A stretch of 64,000 bases of DNA from Octopus bimaculoides. Lineage: Eukaryota. The stretch is from the NCBI RefSeq assembly GCF_001194135.2, contig NC_068982.1, forward strand, positions 155,463,442 through 155,527,441, given 5' to 3'. The notes beneath the pieces are model-generated. The model did no database searches and was not told where the DNA came from. It saw only the letters and a list, made by a program, of their open reading frames with translations. This document shows positions 38,337 to 50,765 of this stretch, in pieces. Both the position numbers and the translations under genes were made by a program. How positions within the stretch are numbered: position 1 is the first letter of the stretch; each line of letters opens with the position of its first letter.

Positions 38337-40874
38337 NNNNNNNNNNNNNNNNNNNNNNNNNNNNNNNNNNNNNNNNNNNNNNNNNNNNNNNNNNNNNNNN
38401 NNNNNNNNNNNNNNNNNNNNNNNNNNNNNNNNNNNNNNNNNNNNNNNNNNNNNNNNNNNNNNNNNNNNNNNNNNNNNNNNNNNNNNNNNNNNNNNNNNNN
38501 NNNNNNNNNNNNNNNNNNNNNNNNNNNNNNNNNNNNNNNNNNNNNNNNNNNNNNNNNNNNNNNNNNNNNNNNNNNNNNNNNNNNNNNNNNNNNNNNNNNN
38601 NNNNNNNNNNNNNNNNNNNNNNNNNNNNNNNNNNNNNNNNNNNNNNNNNNNNNNNNNNNNNNNNNNNNNNNNNNNNNNNNNNNNNNNNNNNNNNNNNNNN
38701 NNNNNNNNNNNNNNNNNNNNNNNNNNNNNNNNNNNNNNNNNNNNNNNNNNNNNNNNNNNNNNNNNNNNNNNNNNNNNNNNNNNNNNNNNNNNNNNNNNNN
38801 NNNNNNNNNNNNNNNNNNNNNNNNNNNNNNNNNNNNNNNNNNNNNNNNNNNNNNNNNNNNNNNNNNNNNNNNNNNNNNNNNNNNNNNNNNNNNNNNNNNN
38901 NNNNNNNNNGACTACCCTTTCAGATATACTTTCATTGTGATTTCTGCAATGTGGTGCATAAATTGTCAAGTAAATGAGACGCATCTTTGCCTCCACTGAT
39001 TCACTTGCAAAGTGTTGAGTAAAATTATTTCGTTGCAGACCTCCTTTGAGTCTTTTTATTATCACTGCGACACACATAGTCCCCAGTTGGTAACATTGAT
39101 TTCAAGGCCTTCCCAGATGAGAGACTGGCATTCCACTTAATGTCTATGTTCCATGCTGGCATGGATTGGAGAGTTATTAATATAGAAATATGGTATCGTA
39201 GCTACTAACAGTTGAGGGTTGCGTAGTCTAGACGGCGTTTTTAGATTACATTTTTAGATTACACATTGCGTGAGTTTGTATCCGATGCACAGTGTCGAAC
39301 GGGACAAATTTGCTCATCGGACAAGACACCAGGACGTATGGTAAATTTCCCTGTGCGCGCACGTACCCTGTTGCAGACTACACCAGCAAAATAATGAAAA
39401 TAATGTGAATTCAATGACAGTATAACATACTATAAGAGAAAAAGGACGAGTGGCAATTTATAACAGTGGGAGACTACCTATAAACAATTAGATAATTTAA
39501 TGTTTATAACGTATTCGATAAGTTAATATAATAGACTAGAAAATATAATAAATATAAATACTTCTTTAGCAGGAATCTGTAGTGATAAATCAGTCACTTG
39601 TAACTTAATTGTAAGTATTTAATCACCATACATAAATTCTAGCTCAGACTATGAAAACGCTGTGGTGAGTTATACACCAGGACGCTGAACGTACATGTGT
39701 GTTGAACAAGCTCACTTGTTTTCACCATTATAATAATTGTTTCAATGAGTACAGAAATGTTTTATTAATAGGTTGAAATGAAGATAAAGAAATCCTATAC
39801 TAAATTAATTTATTCACGTGCATTTAATAATATTTACAATAGATTTTTGTAAGAAAAGTCAAAAGATATTTAAAAAGAAAACTGTCGTAGAGGGTTTACG
39901 ACATAAAAATTGGATTATTTAATACTTTTGTAACTAAGCTACAAAGAGTTTAAAACAACAATTCAAAATAGCATTGTTGAATTAAACAAAAGACTTGGCA
40001 TCGTAATAACCAATCTCATGAAAGTGAGTGTCGTGGGATCATGTAGACGACCAACAAACACTGATTTATTTCCCAAAATCAGGGTTTTTATAACTGCTGA
40101 TATCTGAATTCTAAGAACCGTATTTCGTGAAAGATTTCTCTTTGACGAAAGTTAGAATTCAAATAATGGACAGTAATTTTAACCAATGGAAAAAACTAAT
40201 AATTACACATATTCGGCCAACATGACGTCATATCAACATCGATAGAAGTTTATTGAGGCTTGCTACAACAGAATTTCAAATTTGACAGAACTTTTCTGGG
40301 TTTCTTTCCATTTGTCTAAGAATGTTTTCACTTTACATCATTGCTGAGTACATCAGTTGAAAAAATATAACTTGTAAATAAATTTTAAAAAAGGCCATCT
40401 TTCGTTTGAGTAAACATGCGATGACTGTTATATACTGATGAAGTCTAATGAGAACCAAAACATACGTCTAGCTGTTTGCTTTACATACAAGCAAGCATTA
40501 ATTTTTTCTTTGTAAGCATAAAAGTTGAATTTTTTGTGAAATGGATTCGTAAATTCTTCAAATTATATTATTCTCCTTATTTTAGAGTCCTTAATTATTG
40601 GTAGGTTGTCATTAAGGAAGCTATACATCAGTTTCTTGCTTGACGCCTTTTCTGGAAGGAAGTAATAAACACTCGTAATGTTTACAAAGTTTTACAAATC
40701 TAAGACTCTGTTTCTATGAAATCGAGCGATCGAGGGTAGTGGTGGCTAAGAAGAACACATTCCTAGTGGTATAATTTTCATTTATTCTTGTAATTGCACT
40801 AAGAAATGAATGCGAAATTTCCATTTTACCCAGTCTACTGCAAAATTATTAACGCTTTCCACTAGTCTAAGAGT

Positions 40875-40990
40875 TTTCGCTTTTGTTGATGAGTATGAAT
40901 TTTAAACGTTTGAGGAGCGCGGATGAATTTTTATTTTAGACGCCGTACTGCGGCCAGTTCTGTTTGTCATTAGAAATTTTTCTGGTGTAA
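40875..40990. mobile_element. Mariner-like terminal fragment; second copy at about 43735-43790
   Basis: Shared ttttaga(c/t)gc(c/t)gtactgc..cc.gtt.tgtttgtcattagaaat at both sites. Confidence 0.5.
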
Positions 40991-41099
40991 TTTAAGGTTT
41001 TTTTTTTAATTCGTTGTTGATTTTTTTTTTTTTTGCTTTGTTGTGCATTTTTTGTTATTGTTTACTTCACGTTAGACCTTCCTGCGGTTGCTTAACCTG

Positions 41100-41389
41100 C
41101 TTAAAATCGGAGCCAAAATCTATATGATCGAGCCTTCCTGTTTTAACAAAATTCTAAATGTTCTGATAAATTTTACTCACTCCCATCATTGACAATACAA
41201 AAATGACTCCCTGTATATAATCACAAAATTATATACATACTTGCGCCCTTGTGACGCCGGCCGCATCACGACGTCTACGAAAATTCTTCCGCCGTCACCA
41301 CACAAAGTAATAGTAATATTAGCTACGTTTTGATAAAGTGAAAGGATGCGCGTTTTAATCATGGATTGCTCCCCCCCCCTCTCTCTCTT

Positions 41390-41426
<37 letters not shown>

Positions 41427-41940
41427 TTCTCTTTCTTTCTCTCTTTCTCTCTCTTTCTCTCTTTCTCTCNNNNNNNNNNNNNNNNNNNNNNNNNNNNNNN
41501 NNNNNNNNNNNNNNNNNNNNNNNNNNNNNNNNNNNNNNNNNNNNNNNNNNNNNNNNNNNNNNNNNNNNNNNNNNNNNNNNNNNNNNNNNNNNNNNNNNNN
41601 NNNNNNNNNNNNNNNNNNNNNNNNNNNNNNNNNNNNNNNNNNNNNNNNNNNNNNNNNNNNNNNNNNNNNNNNNNNNNNNNNNNNNNNNNNNNNNNNNNNN
41701 NNNNNNNNNNNNNNNNNNNNNNNNNNNNNNNNNNNNNNNNNNNNNNNNNNNNNNNNNNNNNNNNNNNNNNNNNNNNNNNNNNNNNNNNNNNNNNNNNNNN
41801 NNNNNNNNNNNNNNNNNNNNTAGAAAGACCCCCCACCTCCATTTTCTCCCAAATTTGTTTATTTAAAAAAAAATTTCAGCCAAAAACCCCGTTTTCGGAT
41901 ACAGAGGTTCTAGAAAATTGCCAAAGATCGGCGTTGTGAA
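41100..41940. promoter_or_regulatory. CpG-rich putative promoter region with (CT)n microsatellite and gap, upstream of the zinc-finger gene
   Basis: Dense CpG at 41241-41350 (gacgccggccgcatcacgacgtc) and (CT)n at about 41378-41469. CpG depletion starts immediately downstream (about 42.1 kb). Confidence 0.55.
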
Positions 41941-41993
41941 CCCCCCTCTACCTTCACTCCAAATTCTTAAATTTTGACTTTTCCCCCCCAACA
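41886..41993 (+). CDS. Possible first coding exon of the zinc-finger gene, apparently corrupted by sequence errors (..FSDTEVLENCQRSAL..)
   Basis: CpG-containing sequence just after the gap, followed by gtaacc at 41994. There is no ATG and there is an in-frame stop as assembled. The region shows homopolymer expansions and a scrambled SINE downstream, typical of low-quality sequence. Confidence 0.25.
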
Positions 41994-44900
41994 GTAACCT
42001 TAACCCTAACCACAGAATCGTGATGTCCGTATTTTTCCGATAAATTAAGTACCAGTGAAACACTGGAGTCAAAAAACAAAAACAAAAATTCAGGCCTTGC
42101 GCCTTTAGTAAAGAGGATTATTATTATGTTGAATGGTGGATTGGTAGAATCACAAGAACTTCAGGAAAATGTTTTTACAGTACCTATTTGGCCTTTATAT
42201 TCTGAGATTAAATCCCACTGAAGTCAGCTTTGCCTTTCAATTGGTCTATAAAAAAAAAAAAAAACCAGTCAAATACTAGGGTCAATTTAATCGACTTATC
42301 CCCTCTCTGAAAACGTCTATTAAAATATATTTTTAAAGGAAATTAGAAGTTGTTGCAGGTTTGAAATAAATGGGACTCGAGTGCCCTAAGCACTATTACT
42401 TCATAAAGAATACGTGTGAGGGGCTTTCATACACTCTCAGAATGGTTGGTATTAGGAAGAGCATCTAACTGTAGAAATCATGCCAAATCCGACTGGAGCC
42501 TGGTGCAGCCCCTCAGCTTACCAGGCCCAGTCAAACCATCCAATCCATGCCAGTATGGACAGCAGATGCTAAATGATGATGATGATGATGATACTGTTTG
42601 AGTAAAAAAAATTACCTGTAAAAATTCAATTTGGTACTTAAATAAACTCCTATCTGATAGCCCCTCTTTTTTTTTCCAGTCAAAATAGTGCTTATCAACC
42701 AAAGATGCATGGTGTAAAATGTGAATTTTATTCATATTTCTGCGTTTTAGTTGTGTTATTGATATGGGGAAGCTAAAGTTTGTTACTAGGTATTAAAGGA
42801 AATACAATCTGACAAAGGACTTCTTTATTAGATTTTGTTAGATGGAGATCTGTATAATGTTGAAAGAGTAACATTTCATATTGGAATTATGAAGTCATAT
42901 GTCTATTGAAATAGCAAATATTTTAAAATAGAAAATATGTTCTGAATGAACCTAATGACCGTCCTTTCAAATTATTGCTAAATATTTTTTTCCATTTTTT
43001 TTTTTTAATGAATTAATCATGGGAGGAGGAGCAGACCCCATGAGTGAATTCTACTAAAAGCACTTGAAGATCAGGTTGTATATTAGGCTCAGTACCCCTA
43101 AATTAAAAAATTCAAGATGTTATTAAGAGAGCTATGTTGATATACAGTAAAATTTAAAACCTATTTGAGAGAGAGTTTACAGTTCGTTCATGTATTTTGG
43201 AGAAAAGTCAAACATCCCTAAAAATTTGGGGTTTCAGATAATCTGATACTTATAGAAGGCTCAAGTTAGTAATACATAATTCATTGCCATTGACATGTTG
43301 AAATCTATAATTTATTGAAAACATTGATTTGGTATGGAAGAATTTCAGTTGATTCACAGCATCGTGTAATTTAATGTTAATTTTTTTTTTTTGCTTTTTT
43401 TTTTATGAATTTAGCTATATCTGGTTAATTAAAAGAAAATATTAATTATAAGCCATGGGACATTGTTTTTATATTTGGCCTTTTATACTTCTGTACAGTA
43501 AATAAAGCTAAGCTATGGTTATTGTCTGCCTTTATTATGGTATAAAGTTTATTATGCCTGTGGTACAACTTGCTTCCTGATGTACTCTACAGTTTATATT
43601 TGTGCAACAAAACCTCTAGAAACCAGTACACAAATATAATCCTTACCTGAATTAAAATCCCAATGAAGGATAATGCTGCAATATGGTATAATATATATAT
43701 AAGTTTAACCCTACAAGAACTAGAATTTCAATGAACAACTTATGTTTTAGATGCTGTACTGCAACCGGTTTTGTTTGTCATTAGAAATATAAAATACAAA
43801 TGGTTCGCAATTAACAACACACACCACATGTATACATCCCATCCTCAGCTGCCCATTTGGTATCATTGTGTTTTCAACACCTAAGTAGTGCCATTCAATT
43901 CAGCAGTGTCAGTATTAAAAACATAAAAAGGCTACCTGGGAATTAATAGACAAGAAGCAGGGGCCAAAAATTAGTGCAATATGTCTATATTTACACCTGC
44001 TTATTGTTACAGTTCACAAACATCAGATCTCAGGCAGGGTTAGTGTGGTCCAAGATGAACCTGATGTACTGATTATAAATGTTTTCTTTACTTTGGTCAA
44101 ATGAGTGTCATATGTTTATGCATACATTTCTTTTAGTTGTTGTCATTTTTATAACTGCATGTGAGATACATGTTATAAACTGTTGATAACTGATGGTGTT
44201 TGATGTGCTTTATATATTCTTGTGATGGTAGAATTCTATTTCTATAAATGTAAAACTGGAGTTGATATGGAATTAAGCTTAGTGTACTGATGGTTCAAAT
44301 GAATGTGATAGTGTTCTTAAAAGGTGAACTTGGATATGATTGTTGGAACACTGAAAAAGGATGCCTTGTAGCCTTTTCAGGCATCCAAGACTAAAGGATG
44401 GGGCTGATTGCATATGACTAACTTAGTTATCCCTTTTTTGACTATATTTCAAACTTTGTTTTAATTTTGAAAATATCAGAATGGATTTAGCAAAATAACT
44501 TTTCCATTTATTGACATGAACATAAACTCATCATAAAATCATGATGGAAGGTTGTAATTTGAATTCGAGTACTTTATTATAGTTGGTTTTTGTATTGTAG
44601 ATCCCAAGATGATCTTAAGCAAATTGGTCACAAAATGGTTAATGTTTAATTTGAATTGTGACAGGTTAGTAGTTCCTTATGACTTGGGTGGTTATAAAAG
44701 ATAGTTTCACTGGACTGAAGTGGTTATGAAAGATACTTTTATTGAGCTGGGGATATAGATAGATAGGATTGGATGAAATGTTTGATATGAAATCAGAAGT
44801 GAGAATCAAGTGTATTTATGTATAAAAATAGGTGTCTGGTATGCAGTAGAGCAGAAGCTCATTGATTACCACTTGGTGAGTCAGAAACTCAGTATACTGT

Positions 44901-46099
44901 ATTACTGTGTAATGGGCTAAGGTGACAAGCTGACAGAATTGTTAGCATGCCAGACAGAATGTTTTGTGGCATTTCATCCGTCTTTGCATTCTGAGTTATA
45001 ATTTCACGAAGGTCTTTGCCCTTCATCCTTTCAGGGTTGATGAAATAACTACCAGTTGAACATTGAGGTCAATGTAATCGATGATCTCCTTCCCCAAAAA
45101 CTTCAGGCCTTGTGCCTATATTAGAAAGGATTATTATGTATGGGACTGGCATCTTCATATATTGTTGATCCACTATTGTTCCACTGGTTCTTAAAGGCTG
45201 ATTTGTAACCTTCATCTCACATCAATTGAGAAAGATTCAATATTTCGGACATCCTCCATGCTGTGGAAGCATTGCAGTTCTGAAAACCTTGCTTTAACAT
45301 GGAGTTCCATAAATAATATGAAACCTATTTCCCATTGAGTTCCATGTTACATAGCTCAGTAGACTAGAAATAGTTTATTGGGAAATGGGGATGTATGCAG
45401 GTTTGACAATTTACATTTGAGATTTCTCATTATGTGGTAAAGATCTCTGATGGAAACTAAAATATTGGTTGAAGAGGAAAGCAATTGATAATATCTAACG
45501 TAGCATTGACTCCTGACAGATACTGGAAGAAGCTTATTAATTTTGCAGTGAAAAAGCAGGTTAAAGACAATAAGATATAAGGACATCAGCAGTGAAAATC
45601 TGTTTGACCAAATGCCTCTTTTCAAAATATCTGCTACATTTTTCCAACAAAATATTTGTATTTTCTTTTTGCCATTCTGTCTTGGGAGAAATTGCTGCAA
45701 AGTTTGTAAGGTTTCTGTTGGGTCTATGTGGGAGATTTGTACGATTTAAAAAATTTTAAGATTTCATGTAGTAGCTTGGGTTTCTGCTGTATGGATAGTT
45801 TAGCCAATGAGGGACTCTACATAATTGCATGACTTGCTAAAAATTGTCACCAAATCTTCCCCAAATTACATCCCTCCATCTTGAAAAAGGAAGGGCACAT
45901 TCAGTAGTGTAACGCCTTTAATCACTGGCTCCGTTCAGTCAGGGCTGTCTGGGTTAGATAACAATGACAGTGTTGCAGTTCTTATAATGAAAGAATGTGA
46001 ATAAAATATTTGATGCAAGGTTTAGAGAAAGCAATATAGTAGGGGAGAAATAAAGAGGGGTGGGCAAAATTTGGGTTTAGTGTCTGTGTGTAAATGATG

Positions 46100-46760
46100 A
46101 AATGCGACTTTAAGAACAATTATAGACTAACATCTGAGGATTTTCTACAAAGGACAGTTTGTAAATGTAGTTAGGACGGACACCAGTATTCAAAGAAAGA
46201 GCAGTGGCGTAGGAAATAGTAGTTAGCAGTAAAGTATAGAGTGTATTTAGAACCTTATACTATCAAATCTATTCAGGTCTAAAACACTGAAGTGAAAGCA
46301 AAGTATTCTTTGCATCTAGCCATGACAGCATGAAGATGATGCTTCTGGCAGTGACTATGAGGTGCATAGTTTTAAGAGATCGAGATTGAAAGAGAGTAGA
46401 ATTCTTAGAAACTGTAAGCTCTAAACTGTGATGTAAAACAAGTGTTTGTAACATTTAAATGTTGTTACCTTGAAGTATTAGGTCATATTTGGAAATCTTG
46501 TAAAGAAGTGGGTGTTTGGTAAGCAAGAAATGTTGATGTTTGCAGAGGACAGTTTGTAGGATTTAAAAACAAACAAAGTATGGGCTATAATGTAGTTAGT
46601 AAAGGAATGTTTGGGTTTTTTGAAAAAGAGAGATAGTTTGATAAATGACAGATACTTTGGTGGAAGATATTTGAGATGGGCAGTGAGAAAGACTACTGAT
46701 GTCTCCACTAGCAAATGTTTAGCATGGAGTTTTGTCACGCTTAGTCAAAGTTTACTGGTA
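46100..46760 (-). mobile_element. Heavily decayed non-LTR reverse-transcriptase remnant (CR1/L2-like)
   Basis: Weak by-eye resemblance only (LSFIKLSLF ~ KL.LFADD; LNTLYT...SYATALS ~ TLY..LVRP.LEYA). Confidence 0.3.
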
Positions 46761-46990
46761 TCCAGTGCAGTAAGTTTGGTTTCATTGTAATTTTTCTTAG
46801 ACTGGAGCCCATTTGTGTATTACATACAAGATGCTTTAAGAGGATGTTTTGTTTTGAAACTTATATTGGTCATTAATGATCAAGGTGCAGTAATTCAAGA
46901 TATATTTATCATATAAGCTTTTGTTTGCTTTTTTATTTTACTTCTCTTTTATTAACAATCTGTTTAACTTTTTAAAACTTTTTTTCACAG

Positions 46991-47136
46991 ATCTTACAAA
47001 AGTTTCTAGACAAACACAACGACAGCTATGAAGAGTATGTTTTCTCCCTGTGTATTTTCCTCTGCCACTATGCTGCCAGCTATGGAGAGCTGGCAGTTTA
47101 TGATTCCAAAGAGAAAATTTGTCAGCAATTATTTAG
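46991..47136 (+). CDS. ZNF292/RLF/ZNF654-family gene, internal coding exon A (ILQKFLDKHNDSYEEYVFSLCIFLCHYAASYGELAVYDSKEKICQQLF-R)
   Basis: Acceptor tttttcacag|ATC and donor TTTAG|gtaaat. The 146-nt exon is open, phase 0 to 2, and joins exon B in frame (AG+A = Arg). It is not in the ORF track in this frame. Confidence 0.85.
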
Positions 47137-47324
47137 GTAAATATTTTACATTTAATTCTTCTATTCTGTTTTGCTATCACCACTGTAACATTGTTTCCAC
47201 TGCAGTAACCACTGTATAGTCATAAGTAAGTTTTTTCTTAAGATACTAAGGTATTATTTTATCATTGAGGACCAGAATTTTTTAAACAGTCTGACAACCA
47301 AGAAAGGAATAAGGAGTGTGCTGA

Positions 47325-47878
47325 TCTCTAACTGTGGAGGGAACCTATGGTAGAGGTAGATCCAGGAAGACATGGGAAGAGGTAGTGAAGCATGATCTTC
47401 GAACTTTGGGCTTCACAGAAGCAATGACTAGTGACCAAGACCTTTGGTGATATGCTGTGCTTGAGAAGACCTGTCAAGCCAAGTGAAATTGTAGTGGTGG
47501 CTGATGCTGGTGTCATGTAACTGGCATGTAAAAAGCACCTTTCGAGTATTGGGCCTCACGGAGGCAAAGTGGTTAATACCAGTGGCATGTGAAAAGCTCC
47601 TTTCGAGTGTTGGGCTTCATGGATGCAGTTGACTGGGACCTTTGGCATTATGTCATGCTTGAGAAGAAGACCTATCAAGCTAAGTAAAATCACAGTCATG
47701 GCAGATACCAGTGTCACACAAATGATACCCATGCCATTGGCATGTAAAAGCACCCATTACACTCTCGGAGTGGTTGGTGTTAAGAAGGGCATCCAACTGT
47801 AGAAACATTGCCAAATCAGACTGGAGTCTGGTGCCGCCTTCGATGTTGCCAACCCTGGTCAATGATGATGATGATATT
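47325..47878 (+). mobile_element. RTE-clade LINE 3' fragment (ORF2 C-terminus plus 3'UTR, (GAT)n tail)
   Basis: Encodes degenerate G.GRSRKTWEEVVKHDLRTLGFTEAMTSDQDLW*YAVLEK and ends gatgatgatgat. Confidence 0.85.
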
Positions 47879-49822
47879 GTGTATACCAAAATTTACTATC
47901 ATGAGTGTTGGTGTACTTGGTCAAATAATGTCTTGGGGTCAGTTCCATTGTACAGCACCATGACTAAGTGTTTACTATCATAACTTCAAGCTACCTCAAA
48001 CCTTATGAGTGAAATTGGGTAAACAGAAACTGCAGAAGACTTTCAGATGAACTGTACATGTAATTTAAATGACCAACTTTCTCACACACTGTGTTGCACT
48101 GAGTCTGCTGGAGGATTGCATTAAGGGAACAAGTGTCTGTTTGATACTCAGCTACTTGCACTATAATACAGATGGTGGATAGATCTGTTGAATGAAGAAC
48201 TGAGTATTTGTTGTGGAAATCAATGGAGGAACCAAATACGTGATGTGTATTTGTACATAGGCAAATATCTGAGTGCAGATGAATGAATGTACAGACTGAT
48301 AAGAAAAGAATGTTGAATTATATGAAGTGAGAAACATTAGCAAAAGTCAACTATAAAATTGGACAAATATAACTAGTAACTTTAGTAGGTGAAATCTACC
48401 AATAGTTGCAGTTGGACAGATCTAACAACAATGGTCAAATGGTCAGTGGTACTCGGTACACTGGGAAAATGAAAAGTATAATGAACTATTTAGTTAAACA
48501 AGTATAACCAATTAAATTTTACAGCAGTAATGAGAAAATACCATTTTAGTAGAAAAACAGAATGGTAATTAGTAATATAATAGAACAAAAAATATATCCG
48601 AAGCTAGATGGAGGGAAAATGACTAGAAGAGAATAAATGGATTTTTGTTAATGTGTTGGTATATGGTGAAAGAGAGAGAGAGAAAGGAGGCTATTGAAAC
48701 TAGTGTGACCGTCATCTGCTGGGTTTACTATTTGCCCATAACTAGGACCCTAACAGTTGCTATTAACCCAGGTCAGAGTGAACCTGGGAACAACAGCAAT
48801 TAAAAGGTGGTTGCAAACTCCTCAGAACATCCAATCTCCTAATCAGATGGATGTAGTTCATCGTTATACACTAGTTCAGGTCAGTTTCTGACTAGACTCA
48901 GTATATAGCTTTTCACATTTTTAGACATCTACCCTAAAGATATAGGTGCAGTCATGGCTGTGTGGTTAAGAAGTTCACTTTGGAATCGTGTTGTTAGGGT
49001 TGATGTACAAATTCCTGGCTGATTTCTGTAAAAACTGAGAAGCTTTGCTAAAACAACCCCTAAAAGGCTTTAATTTAACTTGATTATGCAAAAAATGCAA
49101 TCTTAGTTGACTGATACAACAGAACAAGAGCAGGAGAGGAAATTATACAGCTAAATATGACAAACCAACTGACGCAGACGGGAAAGGATGTAGTTGATTA
49201 ATCAAATGCAATATTTGACTGGAACTTATTTTTAGCAACACTAGAAAGATAAAAGGCAAAACTTAAATCCCATTAAGCATTTTATCTTCTACTCTACCGA
49301 TTCTACTTTCAACCACTTTTTTGAAAATGGTAGAATAAAATGTTCAGGATTGCTAAAATTCAGTTGAAGCTTACATCAAGGTACACGAATAAAAGTGAGC
49401 AGTTTTGTTGTAGTATTTAGCAAAAACAACTCAAGTAAACATCTTTAGGCCAACAAATATAAATGAACTATTGAATGAGGTGAACCTGAGCTTTCAGTTC
49501 ATTTAGCTAGATGCTAAACAGTGCTATGAAGCTTAGTAATACATTCTTTATTTCATCTGTGGCACTTGGCACAGCCAAACAGTGTTAGCAATCAGCAGAC
49601 ATCATGGACTATTCAGAAGATTTCTTGAAAATAGTTAGATTCTCTTAACCAAGCAGATTAATTAATGGTTGATTAGGGGACTGTGATATCCTGTGACTTG
49701 AATTTAAAACTGTAAAATGGGTGTATTTTAGCTGTCTGTCTGCACCTGTTTGTTGGTAGTGAAATGAACAGGATATATAGAACTCAATACATGAGCTCTG
49801 AGTGTATATATATATATATATG

Positions 49823-50590
49823 TCATCATCATTTAATGTCCACTTTCCATGCTAGCATGGGTTGGATGATTTGACTGGGAACTGGCGAACCAGATGGTTA
49901 CACCAGACTCCAATCTGATCTGGCAGAGTTTCTACAGCTGGATGCCCTTCCTATCGCCAACCACTCCGAGAGTGTAGTGGGTGCTTTTTACGTGGCAACG
50001 GCCACAGTCAAATGGTGTTTTTTTACGTGCCACCTGCACAGGAGTCAGTCCATTGTTTTGTTCACATGCCACCGGCACGAGTGCCAGTATGGCAAAGCTG
50101 GAAACGATCACGCTCAAATGGTGCTTTTTACGTGTCACCAGCACGGAAGCAAGACCGCTGCTCTGGCAGTGATCCTGCTCGGATGGTGCTGTTAACACTC
50201 CACTGGCACAGGTGCCAGTCATCGAATTTGGTTCAGTTTCGATCTCACTTGCCCCAACAGGTCTTCGCAAGCTGAGTTTAGTGTCCAATGAAGGAAGGTT
50301 GGCATGGGTGCCAGTCAATGAATTTGGTTCAATTTTCGATTTTGATTTCGATTGCCTCAACAGGTCTTCACAAGCAGGGTTTTGTGTCCAAAGAAGGAAA
50401 GGTATGCATAAGTGGGCTAGCTACACCCCTGGTAAAGGCCACGGGTTATGGTCTCACTTGTCTTGCTTAGTCTTCTCACGCACAGCATATTTCCAAAGGC
50501 CTTGGTCACAAGTTATTGCCTTGGTGAGGCCAAATGTTCGAAGGTCGTGCTTCACCACCTCATCCCAGGTCTTCCTGGGTCTACTACAAG
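49823..50590 (-). mobile_element. RTE-clade LINE 3' fragment, antisense
   Basis: Starts with catcatcatttaatgtcc and is the reverse complement of the 47.3-kb copy. Contains internal short tandem repeats (ggtgctttttacgtg..cac). Confidence 0.88.
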
Positions 50591-50731
50591 GCTGTGGCAC
50601 TTTTTCACACAGCTATCCTCATTCATTTTTGCCAAATGACCATACTAGTGCAATCGTCTCTCTTGCACACCACAACTGATGCTTCTTAGGTCCAACTTTT
50701 CTCTCAAGGTACTTACACTCTGTCGAGTATG

Positions 50732-50765
<34 letters not shown>

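Noticed and set aside
39039-39089. 51-nt plus-strand exon-like segment (TSFESFYYHCDTHSPQL)
   Set aside because: The splice sites are moderate, and there is no similarity to the family N-terminus and no linkable partner.
40432-40472. Hammerhead-like CTGATGA...CAAAAC...GTC
   Set aside because: GAAA is mutated, stem II is interrupted and stem I has only 2 bp; at most a dead relic.
31288-41939. Long ORFs in the track spanning N runs (31288, 31491, 31643, 34971, 35131, 35196, 38306, 38319, 41186-41366)
   Set aside because: They are open only because N translates to X; the flanks are SINE, Helitron or (CT)n sequence.
44013-44038. 26-nt exon-like segment in the zinc-finger gene's first intron
   Set aside because: It is not frame-preserving and the peptide does not fit the family alignment; possible only as a cryptic exon.
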